Shown here piece by piece: positions 50,462 through 63,685 of a DNA stretch of 64,000 nucleotides. The DNA lies in assembly GCA_002633005.1 (NCBI GenBank), contig NMRA01000083.1:959161-1023160 (forward strand), given 5' to 3'. The translations under genes and the position numbers were made by a program. Each line of letters opens with the position of its first letter. The stretch's first letter is position 1. The notes beneath the pieces were generated by a model. That model had not been told where the DNA came from. It worked only from the letters and a program-made list of their open reading frames with translations, and ran no database searches. Source of the stretch: Phoronis australis. Taxonomy: Eukaryota > Animalia > Phoronida.

Positions 50462-52117
50462 AGCTGAACTGACTATCTCAAGGAAGTTCAGCTCCGGTGG
50501 TAGCTCACGTCACCGCGTATGGGAACTTCAAAAACGGGCCACCAGTTCATTCAGTTGTTCTCCCTTTAACGTCAGCCATGAGCTCAGCTCGTAGATCTCC
50601 TCTGTGGCCTTTGCTAACAATACCTGTAATGTATCATAGACTAAAACAACCTCGCAACGCCTACATGCACGTACCTATCAGGGTTAATTTCCGATTTTAC
50701 TCATCCACATAAACACAGGAAAACAATTTGGATACCGCTTTACAATACAATCGGTTTCCACTTCCATGGTTTTCATTTTCACTTGGATTAACTATACCCT
50801 CGCGAAAAAAAATGCATAATCAAACGAAAACGCATTACCTGTCATAAAACTGGTTTTGAATGGCCTATTTAGTTCCCTTATAAGGCATCCTCGTCTCCAC
50901 CAAATATAATGATGTATGGTCAACAGTTTATTACAGTACCAGCTCGAGCATTCAAAAATACAAGAAGTGTACACGAATTCAGCATACAGGTCTCTGAAAT
51001 AAATCACCAGTCAATAGGACGATCAATAACACTGAAAGTTGGGAGGAAAACAGTTAATGCTATTGCTAAAAATCTCACTGAAAAACAGTTTGTCCCACAC
51101 GGTATGACTCCATGATGATATAACAATTACTAAGAATTGAAAAAAGTAGATCTATGTCAAATCGCTCACTTCAGAGAACAAGCTAAATGAGAATAAATTA
51201 ACATTTCAAAATGCATCATTTCCGCTCTTGCGACTAAGAGACTGCAGCAAAATTGATGCCTTTGACAGCAAGCACTCCCACACTGTACCTATATATATAC
51301 ACAAGTTCCACACTACGGTTTCCATTGAAACAACCCACTGAGTTGGTCTAGTCCAGACACTGAAAAATGGGCCATTCAATACAGTAGCTAACTACACTGT
51401 TATTCAATCAGAAAATGAAACGCCTTTCATACAACTGTATTGCATCTCCAAATTACAACAGATTCTGCAAGTTTTCATTACAGAAAGTAAAGTCATGACC
51501 ACAAATTTCGCCTTATTTAAATCTAAGGAATTTACAGAATAAGCACTTGGAGTGCAATACTGAAAATAAACAGTATGTATTAAGGTTTCAAGGAATTGAC
51601 ACATTTTGAATCTACATTTAGCACCTCTATGTGCTCCAGAAATGAATAGTTAAGTTGTTGAGGGGATAGCATTGTGAAGCTCCTTACAATAAAAGTCTAA
51701 AAAAGCAATGATGTTACTTTCTGAAGAATACATACATCATGAAATGTTATTACCAGAGATATGCTTATGCAAAATTAAGCAAAATCACTGATATCTGTGA
51801 ATGTCTAAATCCAAAGCTTGCTAAAGTACAACAAAAACACTGTCATCAAGTAATTTTATTCATTGTCTTCACGAAAGTGTAATCGCTTGCTGAACAGTGC
51901 AACAGCAATTATCAAACATTATCATTATATTATACTTGCATCTTAACAACACTTCATTGAAAATAAATAAATAAACAAAATGAGACAACACAATTGTATT
52001 CATCTGAAAATCAACAACAAGATGTTCACATAACAACTCAGCTATCAAAGGTCATCCAACAATCAGCACTTTCCATTCACAAAATCAAACAACAAGAAGG
52101 CTTGGCATCCATGTCAA

Positions 52118-55100
52118 TCACATTGAAGGCACACCCTCAGAAGGCGGAGTTTCCCTTTCATAGTTGACAAGTCTTTGTCCCACCAGATACCTATCATAAA
52201 AGTACTTAAGGGTTGTAGTATTAACCAATGTACATGGATATTGCAAAAGATATTCGAAGACAACAACACCAACATCAGCACAAAAAGATGGGCACACAAT
52301 GAATGACAGAAAACAGAATGAACTGGGAAATATTCTAATGTGAAACCTGGATCCAGTTTACTCAACAAGCAATTCAAAACAAAGGTGTGGCAACGTAAGT
52401 CGCAAACACAGGCAATGTGTATTTGCATGTCCATGATTGTCAGTTTCCTGGATCATGATGGAGTGTTACGAGTCCGTCGATACTTTGGATGTTGTACTAT
52501 GTAATGTATATCAACACACTGGAACATGGATATTATATGGCATTTTTTGTTAACTTTCACATTGAGAATAATTATATGGATACTGCATTACTCCACGTCC
52601 ATATCACCTTAAGAAAGGACCAATCACTTTGAATGAGCATTCACGATTACTTGAAGCATGCCACACGATAGGCCAATATTGTGAGTCAACACGGAGGTCA
52701 CAGGCCCTAAGTCCAATGTAATACAAAATAGTGCTGAATTTGACGATAATGGTAAGACTTTAAACTGTTATTGGAAAAAATGACCAAAACTTGGAGTGAA
52801 CCCACCTGTCATTTTTAATGTGTTCGTAAAGCCTCTTGAACTGTCGTGTGTGAAATACACACAGCCCTATTAAAATGACCACTGTGAGCAGCAGGGGGTA
52901 TATACGCCGCAGAACAAGGTTCTCAGTGTCGAAGCCAATGCCTGAAGAAGACAACAAGGAACAGCTGACTATATGAGATACAGTACATGACAAAAGTAAT
53001 CAAATACAGTGCATGACAAAAGTAATCAACTACAGTGCATGACAAATGTAATCAACTACAGTGCAAGACAAAAGTAATCAACTACAGTGCATGACAAAAG
53101 TAATCGGACAATATACCGTTTCCCCGTCATCACAGATAATTCCGTTAACAGCAAAAATGACTGGGAATAATATATATTGCAGCAGAAAATTCTAATTAGA
53201 GAATGACTTAGGCACCTTATTAACATTCCTGTTACTTCCCCTTCATTCTCGGTCATCAGGGGAGACTACCCTGACAATGAATTCAGCGTCCACATCGCCC
53301 TCATGTTGGGGAATTCCATATTTCGTCTGAATACTTATGGCTTGTACCATAGATATCCACTTGACAACTACTTATCAATCTGTGAGAACTTTACCAGCAT
53401 ATCTAAAGACAGTGCTATGATTACTATCGAGGAGGCGGTGTGGCCTCATGGGAACAGTGACCGCCACCTTTGCTCATGATCATGGGTTCGAGTCCCGCTG
53501 GGACACACTGCAAGACACTCGACTCAGGTCTCTAGCTCCTCAGCTCTGCTTTAACTACATGTTAGTAAAGCATAAAAATGGTTGCAGGTGATCAGCGCAA
53601 TGAGCCCACATGCATGGCCTGCGCACGTGTTGTACAACGTGCATCAGACCGCCTGCATTTATTTTTTATGATTACTATAAAGTGGCATGGTTGTTAAGCC
53701 AGTAATGTTACCTGCCTTTTGCTACAAACATAAATTTTGATTTAGACCACTTTACTAAGAAACTGGTATCAACTTGTTTCCTTAACCAGAGATTTCTGAA
53801 CTCAATCCCTCGACATTAGGGCTGAATATCGGACCCATTCCCTCTGAAAAATATTGAAAAATCATGCGAAATTCCCCTCATGATGTCCAAAAATTCCCCT
53901 CAAATGATTGAAGCTACCCTCAAGTTTCGAATCACTTGTAATTCACACAAGTGACAATTTGAAAGATCTCAATGGCTACTTGAGGCACAGCCTGTGAGGG
54001 TTTACAACAAAATGGGGGAGCTATTGACAGTGATCAGGAGGCAGAGTTTTCCCTCAACCCAAAATACCCCGTCAGAAGGCACAAGCACCTTTCCCCTTAG
54101 ATAAACAAGGGCCCTGACCTGTCATGATGAGCTTACTTACTGAACGTGGTCACGACTGAGAGTTCACGTCACGACCGAGAGTTCATGTCACGACCGAGAG
54201 GTCACGTCACGATTGAGAGTTCACGTCACGACCGAGAGCTCACGTCACGACTGAGAGTTCACGTCACGACCGAGAGTTCACATCACGACTGAGAGTTCAC
54301 GTCACGACTGAGAGTTCACGTCACGGCTGAGAGTTCACCGAACGTTCCTTACAAGCTCAGTAATTACAATTTAACCTGAGTAAGGAACAATTTGACACCA
54401 ATTTTCTAATGATAAGCGCTCAGGAGCCAGGTCAGCTTTTACTATCATGCAGCACACTACACTAATCATTCACTTATTTTGCACAAAAATAACTGACAAA
54501 TTCATAATTTTCTATTTTTCCACAGTCGATTACTTTGCTTCAAATCATCAAACCCTAACCAAATGTTGCTTTTTGACATCTAAATAATATAAACCAAATC
54601 AAAAAATAAGACTAGAATTTTCTTGATCTTAATTTTTGGAAATAAATTTCACAAAATAAAATTTCACAAGTCCTCCAAATTTTGTGCTAAATGGGTAAAG
54701 AATTACATTAAATAGCGACCCTGGCAGAACAGTAACGAAAGCACATTGTAAGAAAACACACAGGTTACCACGGCACCATTGTTACACAACTGACTTACCC
54801 GTCACCTTGACCACACTTCTGACAACTGCATAGGGCAAGGCGAGGGCCACACCCAATGTACCAATCACTGGGATACACAGTTGGTGAAGGATGAAGCTGA
54901 GATTCAAGTTTCGTAGTCCCATATTGTACACCTGCACAGGTAGATTCAACAATAATAATAATGACCACTTAGTAAAAATATGCCTTATTAAATGCACACC
55001 TGGAATGATTGTTTATCAACTCTATCAGTTGATTTCTCTAAAAGTATTTGAAAGTCTTGCTACGAGCGCCCACGACTTATCAACACCAACGTAAGCAACA

Positions 55101-58100
55101 AAATAGCTCACAAGAATGCACAGGAGATACAGGCTATGATATGTCCTGCCCTTCCTCACGCCTAAACTAGGACAGTTCACCAACAAAGAGTGACAACCCG
55201 CCAATTACGTGAAATGCGGTCAGGATGATGTTGCTTTTCCCCTCAAAGAAAAATAATTGAAGTGAATGTGCATATTACACGTCTCAATTCCCCGAGCATG
55301 GCACAAACATTCCTACAAGCATTGTGAACATGTCGTGCTGAGTTACGTAGCGGAACCCATTCTGTGTGCAACTGTCATGGTGTCTTGTCACTGTCTTAAC
55401 ATACGCACCTCTAACATTTCAAAGACCTGTGTGGCACACTTTGAGTGAAATAGCACGTGTATAAACTAATCCTACAACTAATGTGGCTATTATCTTGGGA
55501 CAGGCATGTATTTCAATGGCGAATCCTGTTTTGTTGCGATTTTACGATTGCAGGAAGCAAATTTAAGTTCTGAATTATGTCAAGTTAACACTTCAGGTTT
55601 TCCAGGAAAGCATTAGGTGTTATTCTGGCATGTTGCAAACATATTAAGCACAGCTCAAAGTTGCAGATTCTGTAACTCCTGACAGAAATAGCAATCCCAT
55701 TTAAAGTTCACTGCTGAAACTACTGCCTACCTGTTCCATATTTCGCTTGAGCCACCACTGTGGACCCATCATAGTAATTGCACAAATAATCTTAGCATGT
55801 AAAACACCTAGAGCCCAGTCCTGAAAAGGAGAACGGTCACTTGTGATAACTTCACCTGTGGGGGGAACGCCAAAAACTTGACACCAAAATCCTAAAATTG
55901 CCACTAGGGGATGGCAATGAGATAGACGCTATCTCCATGAAACAAACCTAGCTGCAAATTATTGTACATACACCAAGAGACATGGAAGGTATGAAAGCAG
56001 TTATAAATGTAAAAACGCTAAAATTGCCACCAGATGGCATAGTAGCAGCTGAAGTTGTGCTCATCTGTAGCCATGTTGATAGGAACACATCTGTCAAATT
56101 TAATGATCGCAAGTACCTACAAGGCGTTTAAGAGATACAGCTGCAACTGCCATAGAGGCGCCCAGACAGAGACGATAGCAGCCAAATACGTACATGTGGG
56201 TACAGCAACCACTTTTTACTGAAAACTTACAAATTATTAATCGAGTTTTGGAATCAGAGACCAGATTTAAGGTCTAACAATGCAGTTCTACACAAGCAGT
56301 CTGCAGATATTTTCAGAATTGTTTAAACAGTACTCTGTGCAGCCTTTTTCATGACATGAGCCCAATTGTGAATCCGGAAGAATGAATCAACGCATGCAAT
56401 AAACAACGTGCAACATGTAGTATTGTTGACGGTACCTGCCAGGGAAAGAAGACAGGAGACTGATCCAGGGGTACCCTGAGGGGCACCACAACCACCAGCT
56501 CAAACAGCACTCCCAACATGAGGGGGATGACACCTAGTAACAGCATCATAGCCACACCTGCCTTCAGACCCTGCAACAGAAACACATATACCATAAGCAC
56601 AGTAGACATAACTTAGCCAGTTTCCACAGTGTGGCAAGCAAAGTGAGTTTCACTTCTCCAGGAGTTTTCCATTGTACAATTTTCATTTTCCCCAAGTTAT
56701 TTTTTCCATTTTCCATCAAACTTCATGCATGACACCTTGTTATTTTCCTGATTAATTTCCAGGCAAGTTTTACTTCTCATTGGTTTTCCAGGGTATAATT
56801 TTCATTTTAACCAAGTTATTTTTCTCATTTCCGTCATATTTCCATGCATGGACAACTTGTCATTTTCCTAATTCCAGGTTTCCAAGATGAGTGAGAACCT
56901 TAAGTAGATCAGTGCTGCCGGTCGGCTTTTTGACAAGATGGGGTTGGATAACAGTCATACAAGACACTAAAAGCTCAAAAGGAGCTTTTTATCTCTTACT
57001 AACAGGGCTCGACGCAATAAAAGTCACCAGGTCGCATTTTGTGACCTAGCCAAAATCTTAGGTCGCATTCTGAAAATCCAACTCGCATTCATAAATGTCA
57101 GGTAGCAAAAATTTCGCACCATTTTTGATTTTTTAGATCATCGAGAAAATGTTTAGATTACGCTCATACCTGCGGTGTTAAACACTCACAAATTTCAGGT
57201 CGCAAAACTTTTCTTTATATTGGAGTAGGAAAATTTTACGGCGTGCTCTAGGGAGCAAAAAAATGGCAGGGTACATGAAGAGAATAATATTAACCGCAAT
57301 TTCACATCTATTCGTTTTGTTGCAATAACTGGCTACGGGCATAAAACATCAAGCCTAGGGAACATCGACCCGGTGAAACATCTGAACAGGAAAATATCAG
57401 TACTGGGCTACATCGGTCCCAGGGAATATCGTAAAACATTGGGTCTTTTATAATGGAAGGGGAACTTTCTATTAGGTTTCTTGTCAAATAAGCCCGTTGG
57501 CACCCAGGTGCTTAACAGAGCCAATCCGGAACACTCTTTCATTTAGGACTGTCGCTTTTATCTTTTGATGTGCAGCTTTGGAGTAGTGCGCACTTGTGAG
57601 TTCAGGCACTTGAATTGCCTACACTTTACGTTGGCAACAACATGTGACAGACTACTCATATGTCGCACACGTAACCCCAGAAACAAGTAAGGGTTTGAAA
57701 ATTTCTTGGTGACTTAAACACAACTTTGCTGAAAGTGGAGACATGGCCATCTTTTGGCGATTAATAAGGCTGTCATTTTCACGATACTGTCTTTTGCAGC
57801 CATAAAAAACGAGACGCATGTTTCCACGTCACGATAATCCGTCACTGCTTGAGCACTAACAAAGGGACCGACCAGTGCCGTAGTGCGATATCAGTGATAT
57901 TGTCGCGGATATTTAATAATACTATGTGAAAGTTTTTCTACCACAAAATTTGGCAAGTTGATCGTTTAAGAATTAGTAAAAGACCACTGTTTTGTGACAT
58001 TTTATCACGTGTTATGTCTTGGTAAACTTTCTTCGGCACATCCGGAAATTTGCAAAAGTAGCCAAAAATGTTAGCCAATGAAACGCATCAAAGATTCATT

Positions 58101-61100
58101 CTGCATTATCTCATGTTCACACGATATGCTCACAAGTCATTGGGAGGGCTGCTTTAGGTTAGTGTTCTTGTGAACTTGATTTGGCAACAACCAAATCACG
58201 GTCGGATATATACGAGTTGCTTTATATCTGCCAGTTATCTACAGAGAAGTGTAGAAACTCAGCTCGCATACTTCGGAAATTCCAGGTTGCAACTTGATTC
58301 GAGCTGGAAAAAATCTCAGCTTACATTTTCAAATTTCAGGTCGCAAATACGACCTGCAGCTCGTTATGTCGAGCCTGGACAATTAAAACTCACTCAGCCA
58401 GCCGCATCAAAATGCAGGGTTATTCCTGGACCACGGCTTTGAGCCATAAGCGCATAAAAAATAAAAAGGCACACATTGCAGAAGTGCACACCCCCAATGC
58501 ATCTTTTAAAACACAGCACTCTTAGAAAAATGCAAGATTCTAATCAACATACAGCTAGTGTATTCTTATTCCACCACAGCTGAACAGTCTGTTTGAATCC
58601 TTTGTCAGACTGTATGGAATTTTTAAATAAAAATTAATGCAACTTTTACATGAGCATGGCTGTTCCTTATTCGATTGTCCTAGGGGTTTTCTGTTTCTTA
58701 TGTTACCACTTTTATTACACTTAGTGTTTCTTATGTCACCACTTTAATTACACTAAGTCTGCTGGGCACAACTTTTTGAAAAAGGCAACCTTTTTATTGT
58801 CAGGTGTGCCCAAAGGGCACAGGTTCAAACCTGGACAGGAATATCCCTGACAATGGGTTTCCAGCCCTGTGGTAGCCAGTCATACGAGACATCCAAAGTC
58901 TCATAACTTCATAGTTTACCAATACAATCCACTCAGCCAACCACATTATAATGGGTCTCCGCCTTATGGAAGCCAGTCATATAGGAAAGCAAACTTACCA
59001 ATATAACCCAATCAGTCAGCCATATCACAATGGGTCTGCGGCCCTGTGGTGGCCAGTCATATAGGACAGCAACAGTCCTCAACACTTACCAATACAAGCC
59101 ACTCAGTCAGTCGCATCACAATGGGTCTCCAGCCTTGAGGTGGCCAGTCACACAAGACAGTAACAATCCTCAACACTTACCAATACAAGCCACTCAGTCA
59201 GTCGCATCACAATGGGTCTCCAGCCTTGAGGTGGCCAGTCACACAAGACAGTAACAGTCCTCAACACTTACCAATACAAGCCACTCAGTCAGTCGCATGA
59301 CAATGGGTCTCCAGCCTTGAGGTAGCCAGTCATACAGGACTCCAACAGCCCTCAACACTAGCCAACAGGTGTACAGACCACATGCGGCCGTGTAAAGTTC
59401 GTGTATCTTCACACCCTTCATCCAAAGCATCATCAACTGACGGCCAATCCAGACTAAAACATAGACCAGGACACCTAATGCTAAAACATTCCCATCCCTA
59501 CCAGGAGCTGTATCACTGAGTAGGAAGAAAAACGCAAAAATGAGGGAAATCCTGGTGTTAAATATACAAACTAACCAATGATTCAGCGGTAAAACCATAG
59601 TTTCTGATATCACAACAAGTGTGCCATGTGTTAGTAGTCGTGTATAACAGGCGAAGCAGCTTACTAATTTGTTTGCTTAATAGTGCAGGACGAATGATCC
59701 TCTCCCATCAAGGTCTGCACTGTTTTCATTAACAGTGTACTTTTTAAAGTCACTCTTTGACTAGTGAACTGCATTTTTCCAATGAACTGTAATGTTATTT
59801 TTCCAAATTCAGTTCTTTTTCAATCAGCTGAATTTCATTTCTGATGAACAGCATTGTTTTCTCTAGAACAATTATCATGTCATGCTCGAGAGAAAATAAC
59901 ACTGGGTCATTAAAAAAAGAAACGGTTCATGAGAAGAGAATCCAGTTCGGGGAAATTTAAGAGAAAAGACAAGCGGTTCGTAAGAAAAAAGGTAAGCCAA
60001 TGAGAACGCCAGTGCAGATCGTAAGGGAGACGATAGTCCACCCTGTACTAGCATTGTTACTTTTTGTCATGTTGAGTTTCTGTCACATTTAGTGTAACAG
60101 CTGGAGGTGTCATAGCGTCGCCTGAGTGGTTGGCAATCCATGACAATAAGGAATTATACTACATGTATTTACTATTTAAAGGACATTCAAGCAAGTACGC
60201 ACTAATTTCTATTGGAAATTACAATAAGAATAAATCAAGTCATGCGTAACAAACATTATGAAGACAACACTCAGGTCCAAAAACACCATCTACTCTTCAG
60301 TTGTAATAAAAACTAAGCAATTTAATTGTACATGACAATCAAAATATATTAAGTGGTACAGAGTGTTGAACAAACCAGTGGGAAGGTCCAACTTTTTAAC
60401 ACTCAAAATGCAGTAAGTACAAGGTTTACCTGGAAGAACAAGACAGACCATGCTGGCCACAAATAGAGTCACGCCTATCAGCACAATTAGACCTATCACC
60501 TGAAAAACAAAACCATGGGTCAATATTATAGTTTCATTTTCATCAAATAGACATCTGCAAGTAACCTAAAGGAAGTCACAGATAATCAAAGGAATTTGAA
60601 CAGCTTTGTCAACACTTTCATTCAAATATTGTTAATGTGTAATAATTAACAGTAAATGTTGTCAGTGACAAGGAAAAGGTAATGAATTGGTACCCTCTTT
60701 TATTCAAGTGTTTCACACACGTGCTCGTAGGAGCTAGCAGCTACCCATTGCATATGTACATTCCATAAGCAGGGTGATATTTGTGTGTTTTTGGAAATTC
60801 TTAATAGTTTCATTCAATAGTTAGCACTAAATTTAATACAAGTCAACATGTGCCGGTCTACATAACATTTAAGAAATTTGCTCCCTCGTTTTACTCCAGC
60901 ATTCCACATATCGACTCATGCCATCATTCCAGATATGTGGGCAGCTTCATGGTATGGGGCCAAACACACGTGTACATGATAAATGAACAGGAACTGAAAC
61001 CAGTCAATTAGAAACTTACTCTCACAGGGAAAAATCTCGGCCGCTTGTAAGGCTGGAAACCTGTGGGCCCCCCGCCCTGCAACATGGCCTGGTGTATGGC

Positions 61101-63685
61101 CCCCACTCCCTCCTGTTGAGCATCAGCTGGGGGGTCTGCAGGGGGGGCATTGTGAGGCGCTTGCTGGGGCTCATCCGCCCCGACAACAGTCTCGTCCTGG
61201 CAGCAAAACAAGAGAAATCACCAGGAGAAAAACAATTGGATTGGCCAGTATTAACAAGTTCAGGTACCATTCTTGGAACCAGCCACCGCCCATAGCATTT
61301 ATCGAGTCCAACTGGTCTTAAAAGGTGCACCCAGATTATTTAAGAGTGTGACCAGTGAATGATTTTTCTATGCATCAGCTTGTTGAGTTTTATTTGCAAA
61401 TGAAAGAGTTCTGCACAGAATGACAATACTAAAGAACTTCTCAGTAAAGCATTTTTGCAAATCAAACAGGATGTGAATGTAAAAGTGATGACATGTCACA
61501 ACCTCCTTTCCAATCTAATGATGCACCACCACACACAACAAAGACAGCACAGACATGTCATGTCCATCACATTAANTGTTTTCATTAACAGTGTACTTTT
61601 CTAATTAAAATAAGTCACTCTAGTGAACTGCATTTTTCCAATGAACTGCAATGCTATTTTTCCAAATTCAGTTCTCTTTAAATCAGCAGAATTTCATTTC
61701 ATTTCTGATGAACAGCATTATTTTCTCTAGAACAATTATCATGTCATGCTCAAGAGAAAAAAAAGAAACGGTTCATGAGAAAAGAATCCAGTTCGGGGAA
61801 ATTTAAGAGAAAAGATAAGCAGTTCGTAAGAAAAAAGGTAAGCCAATGAGAACACCAGTGCAGATCGTAAGGGAGAAGATAGTTCACCCTGTACTAGCAT
61901 TAATACTTTTTGTCATGTTGAGTTTCTGTCACATTTGGTGTAACAACTGGAGGTGTCAAAGCGTCGCCTGAGTGGTTGGCAATCCATAACAATAAGGAAT
62001 TATACTATTTACTATTTAAAGGACATTCAAGCAAGTACGCACTAATTTCTATTGGAAACTACAATAAGAATAAATCCAGTCATGCGTAACAAACATTATG
62101 AAGACAACACTCAGGTACAAAAACACCATCTATTCTTCAGTTGTAATAAAAACTAAGCAATTTAATTGTACATGACAATCAAAATATATTAAGTGGTACA
62201 GAGTGTTGAACAAACCAGTGGGAAGGTCCAACTTTTTAACACTCAAAATGCAGTAATTACAAGGTTTACCTGGAAGAACAAGACAGACCATGCTGGCCAC
62301 AAATAGAGTCACACCTATCAGCACAATTAGACCTATCACCTGAAAAACAAAACCATGGGTCAATATTATAGTTTCATTTTCATCAAATAGACATCTGCAA
62401 GTAACCTAAAGGAAGTCACAGATAATCAAAGGAATTTGAACAGCTTTGTCAACACTTTCATTCAAATATTGTTAATATGTAATAATTAACAGTAAATGTT
62501 GTCAGTGACAAGGAAAAGGTAATGAATTGATACCCTCTTTTATTCAAGTGTTTCACACACGTGCTCGTAGGAGCTAGCAGCTACCCATTGCATATGTACA
62601 TTCCATAAGCAGGGTGATATTTGTGTGTTTTGGAAATTCTTAATAGTTTCATTCAATAGTTAGCGCTAAATTTAATACGAGTCAACATGTGCCGGTCTAC
62701 ATAACATTTAAGAAATTTGCTCCCTTGTTTTACTCCAGCATTCCACATATCGACTCATGCCATCATTCCAGATATGTGGGCAGCTTCATGGTATGGGGCC
62801 AAACACACGTGTACATGGTAAATGAACAGGAACTGAAACCAGTCAATTAGAAACTTACTCTCACAGGGAAAAATCTCGGCCGCTTGTAAGGCTGGAAACC
62901 TGTGGGCCCCCCGCCCTGCAACATGGCCTGGTGTATGGCCCCCACTCCCTCCTGTTGAGCATCAGCTGGGGGGTCTGCAGGGGGGGCATTGTGAGGCGCT
63001 TGCTGGGGCTCATCCGCCCCGACAACAGTCTCGTCCTGGCAGCAAAACAAGAGAAATCACCAGGAGAAAAACAATTGGATTGGCCAGTATTAACAAGTTC
63101 AGGTACCATTCTTGGAACCAGCCACCGCCCATAGCATTTATCGAGTCCAACTGGTCTTAAAAGGTGCACCCAGATTATTTAAGAGTGTGACCAGTGAATG
63201 ATTTTTCTATGCATCAGCTTGTTGAGTTTTATTTGCAAATGAAAGAGTTCTGCACAGAATGACAATACTAAAGAACTTCTCAGTAAAGCATTTTCGCAAA
63301 TCAAACAGGATGTGAATGTAAAAGTGATGACATGTCACAACCTCCTTTCCAATCTAATGATGCACCACCACACACAACAAAGACAGCACAGACATGTCAT
63401 GTCCATCACATTAACGCTACTGTTCACATCAACTTGTAAAACCCCTACCATTATCTTACAACTTTGCACTCCCAAAACATGATGGCGTGTTTTACCTCAT
63501 CTGTATCCGTGATCGTGACATCACCCAGCAGGTAGGAACGAATGTTGAGTATACAGGCGACACCTATTGTCCAGCCCTTGACTAAGCCCTTCAACCATGA
63601 CCTCGTGTGGCCTTGTTCCAACAGAGCGGGCAAGACAACTTGCAAGAGGAGTAATTCTAGGGATAACTCACTCACCGGAGCATCA
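52118..63685 (-). CDS. MARCHF6: E3 ubiquitin-protein ligase MARCH6 (TEB4/Doa10 orthologue), C-terminal ~394 aa; 5' part beyond the window
   Basis: Exons in transcript order: 63685-63496, 63035-62859, 62339-62270, [duplicates 61196-61020, 60499-60430], 59453-59272, 56570-56436, 55820-55731, 54931-54799, 52941-52806, 52190-52118. Motifs: SDAPVSELSLELLLLQVVLPALLEQGHTR, KIHELYTAACGLY, PLRVPLDQSP..PWQDWALGVLHAKI, RQFKRLYEHIKNDRYLVGQRLVNYER. The frame is continuous when one copy of the duplicated exon pair is used. Confidence 0.97.
52979..53105. repeat. 26-bp minisatellite x5 (TACAGTGCATGACAAAAGTAATCAAC)
   Basis: Direct reading; lies ~37 nt from a MARCH6 splice acceptor. Confidence 0.95.
53428..53666 (+). 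mobile_element. tRNA-derived SINE, copy 2 (uninterrupted, ~240 bp)
   Basis: A box TGGCCTCATGG, B box GGTTCGAGTCCC; 12-bp TSD TATGATTACTAT (53416-53427, 53667-53678). Confidence 0.88.
53787..54116. repeat. Interspersed repeat homologous to ~14995-15320
   Basis: Shared blocks TCCCTCGA..AAAAATATTGAAAA, ATCAC.TGTAA, GCTACTTGAG.CA.AGCCT, GAAGGCACA.GCACCTTT.CCCTT. Confidence 0.75.
54149..54338. repeat. 19-bp minisatellite x10 (GTCACGACTGAGAGTTCAC)
   Basis: Direct reading; exactly 10 units. Confidence 0.97.
57003..58377. mobile_element. hAT-like non-autonomous element
   Basis: CAGGGCTCGAC ... GTCGAGCCTG termini; subterminal GGTCGCA repeats at both ends; TSD not recognisable. Confidence 0.6.
58848..59361 (-). 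repeat. ~91-bp tandem array derived from the 3' end and splice donor of a MARCH6 exon
   Basis: Unit CAACACTTACCAATACAAGCCACTCAGTCAGTCGCAT.ACAATGGGTCTCCAGCCTTGAGGT.GCCAGTCA; 5-6 copies, the last being the coding exon itself. Confidence 0.93.
59721..63414. repeat. Near-identical tandem duplication (59721-61576 / 61578-63414) containing two MARCH6 exons; probable uncollapsed haplotypes
   Basis: The two ~1.85-kb copies are separated by exactly one N (61577) and differ only by scattered SNPs and small indels. Confidence 0.92.

Noticed and set aside
53428-53505. tRNA gene (also at 14600-14680)
   Set aside because: A/B boxes are present but there is no convincing cloverleaf; a shared body, tail and TSDs identify both as SINE heads.
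52979-59361. Short direct-repeat arrays (19, 26, 91 bp) as CRISPR-like arrays
   Set aside because: Units are head-to-tail with no unique spacers, no cas-like ORFs are present, and the context is eukaryotic introns.
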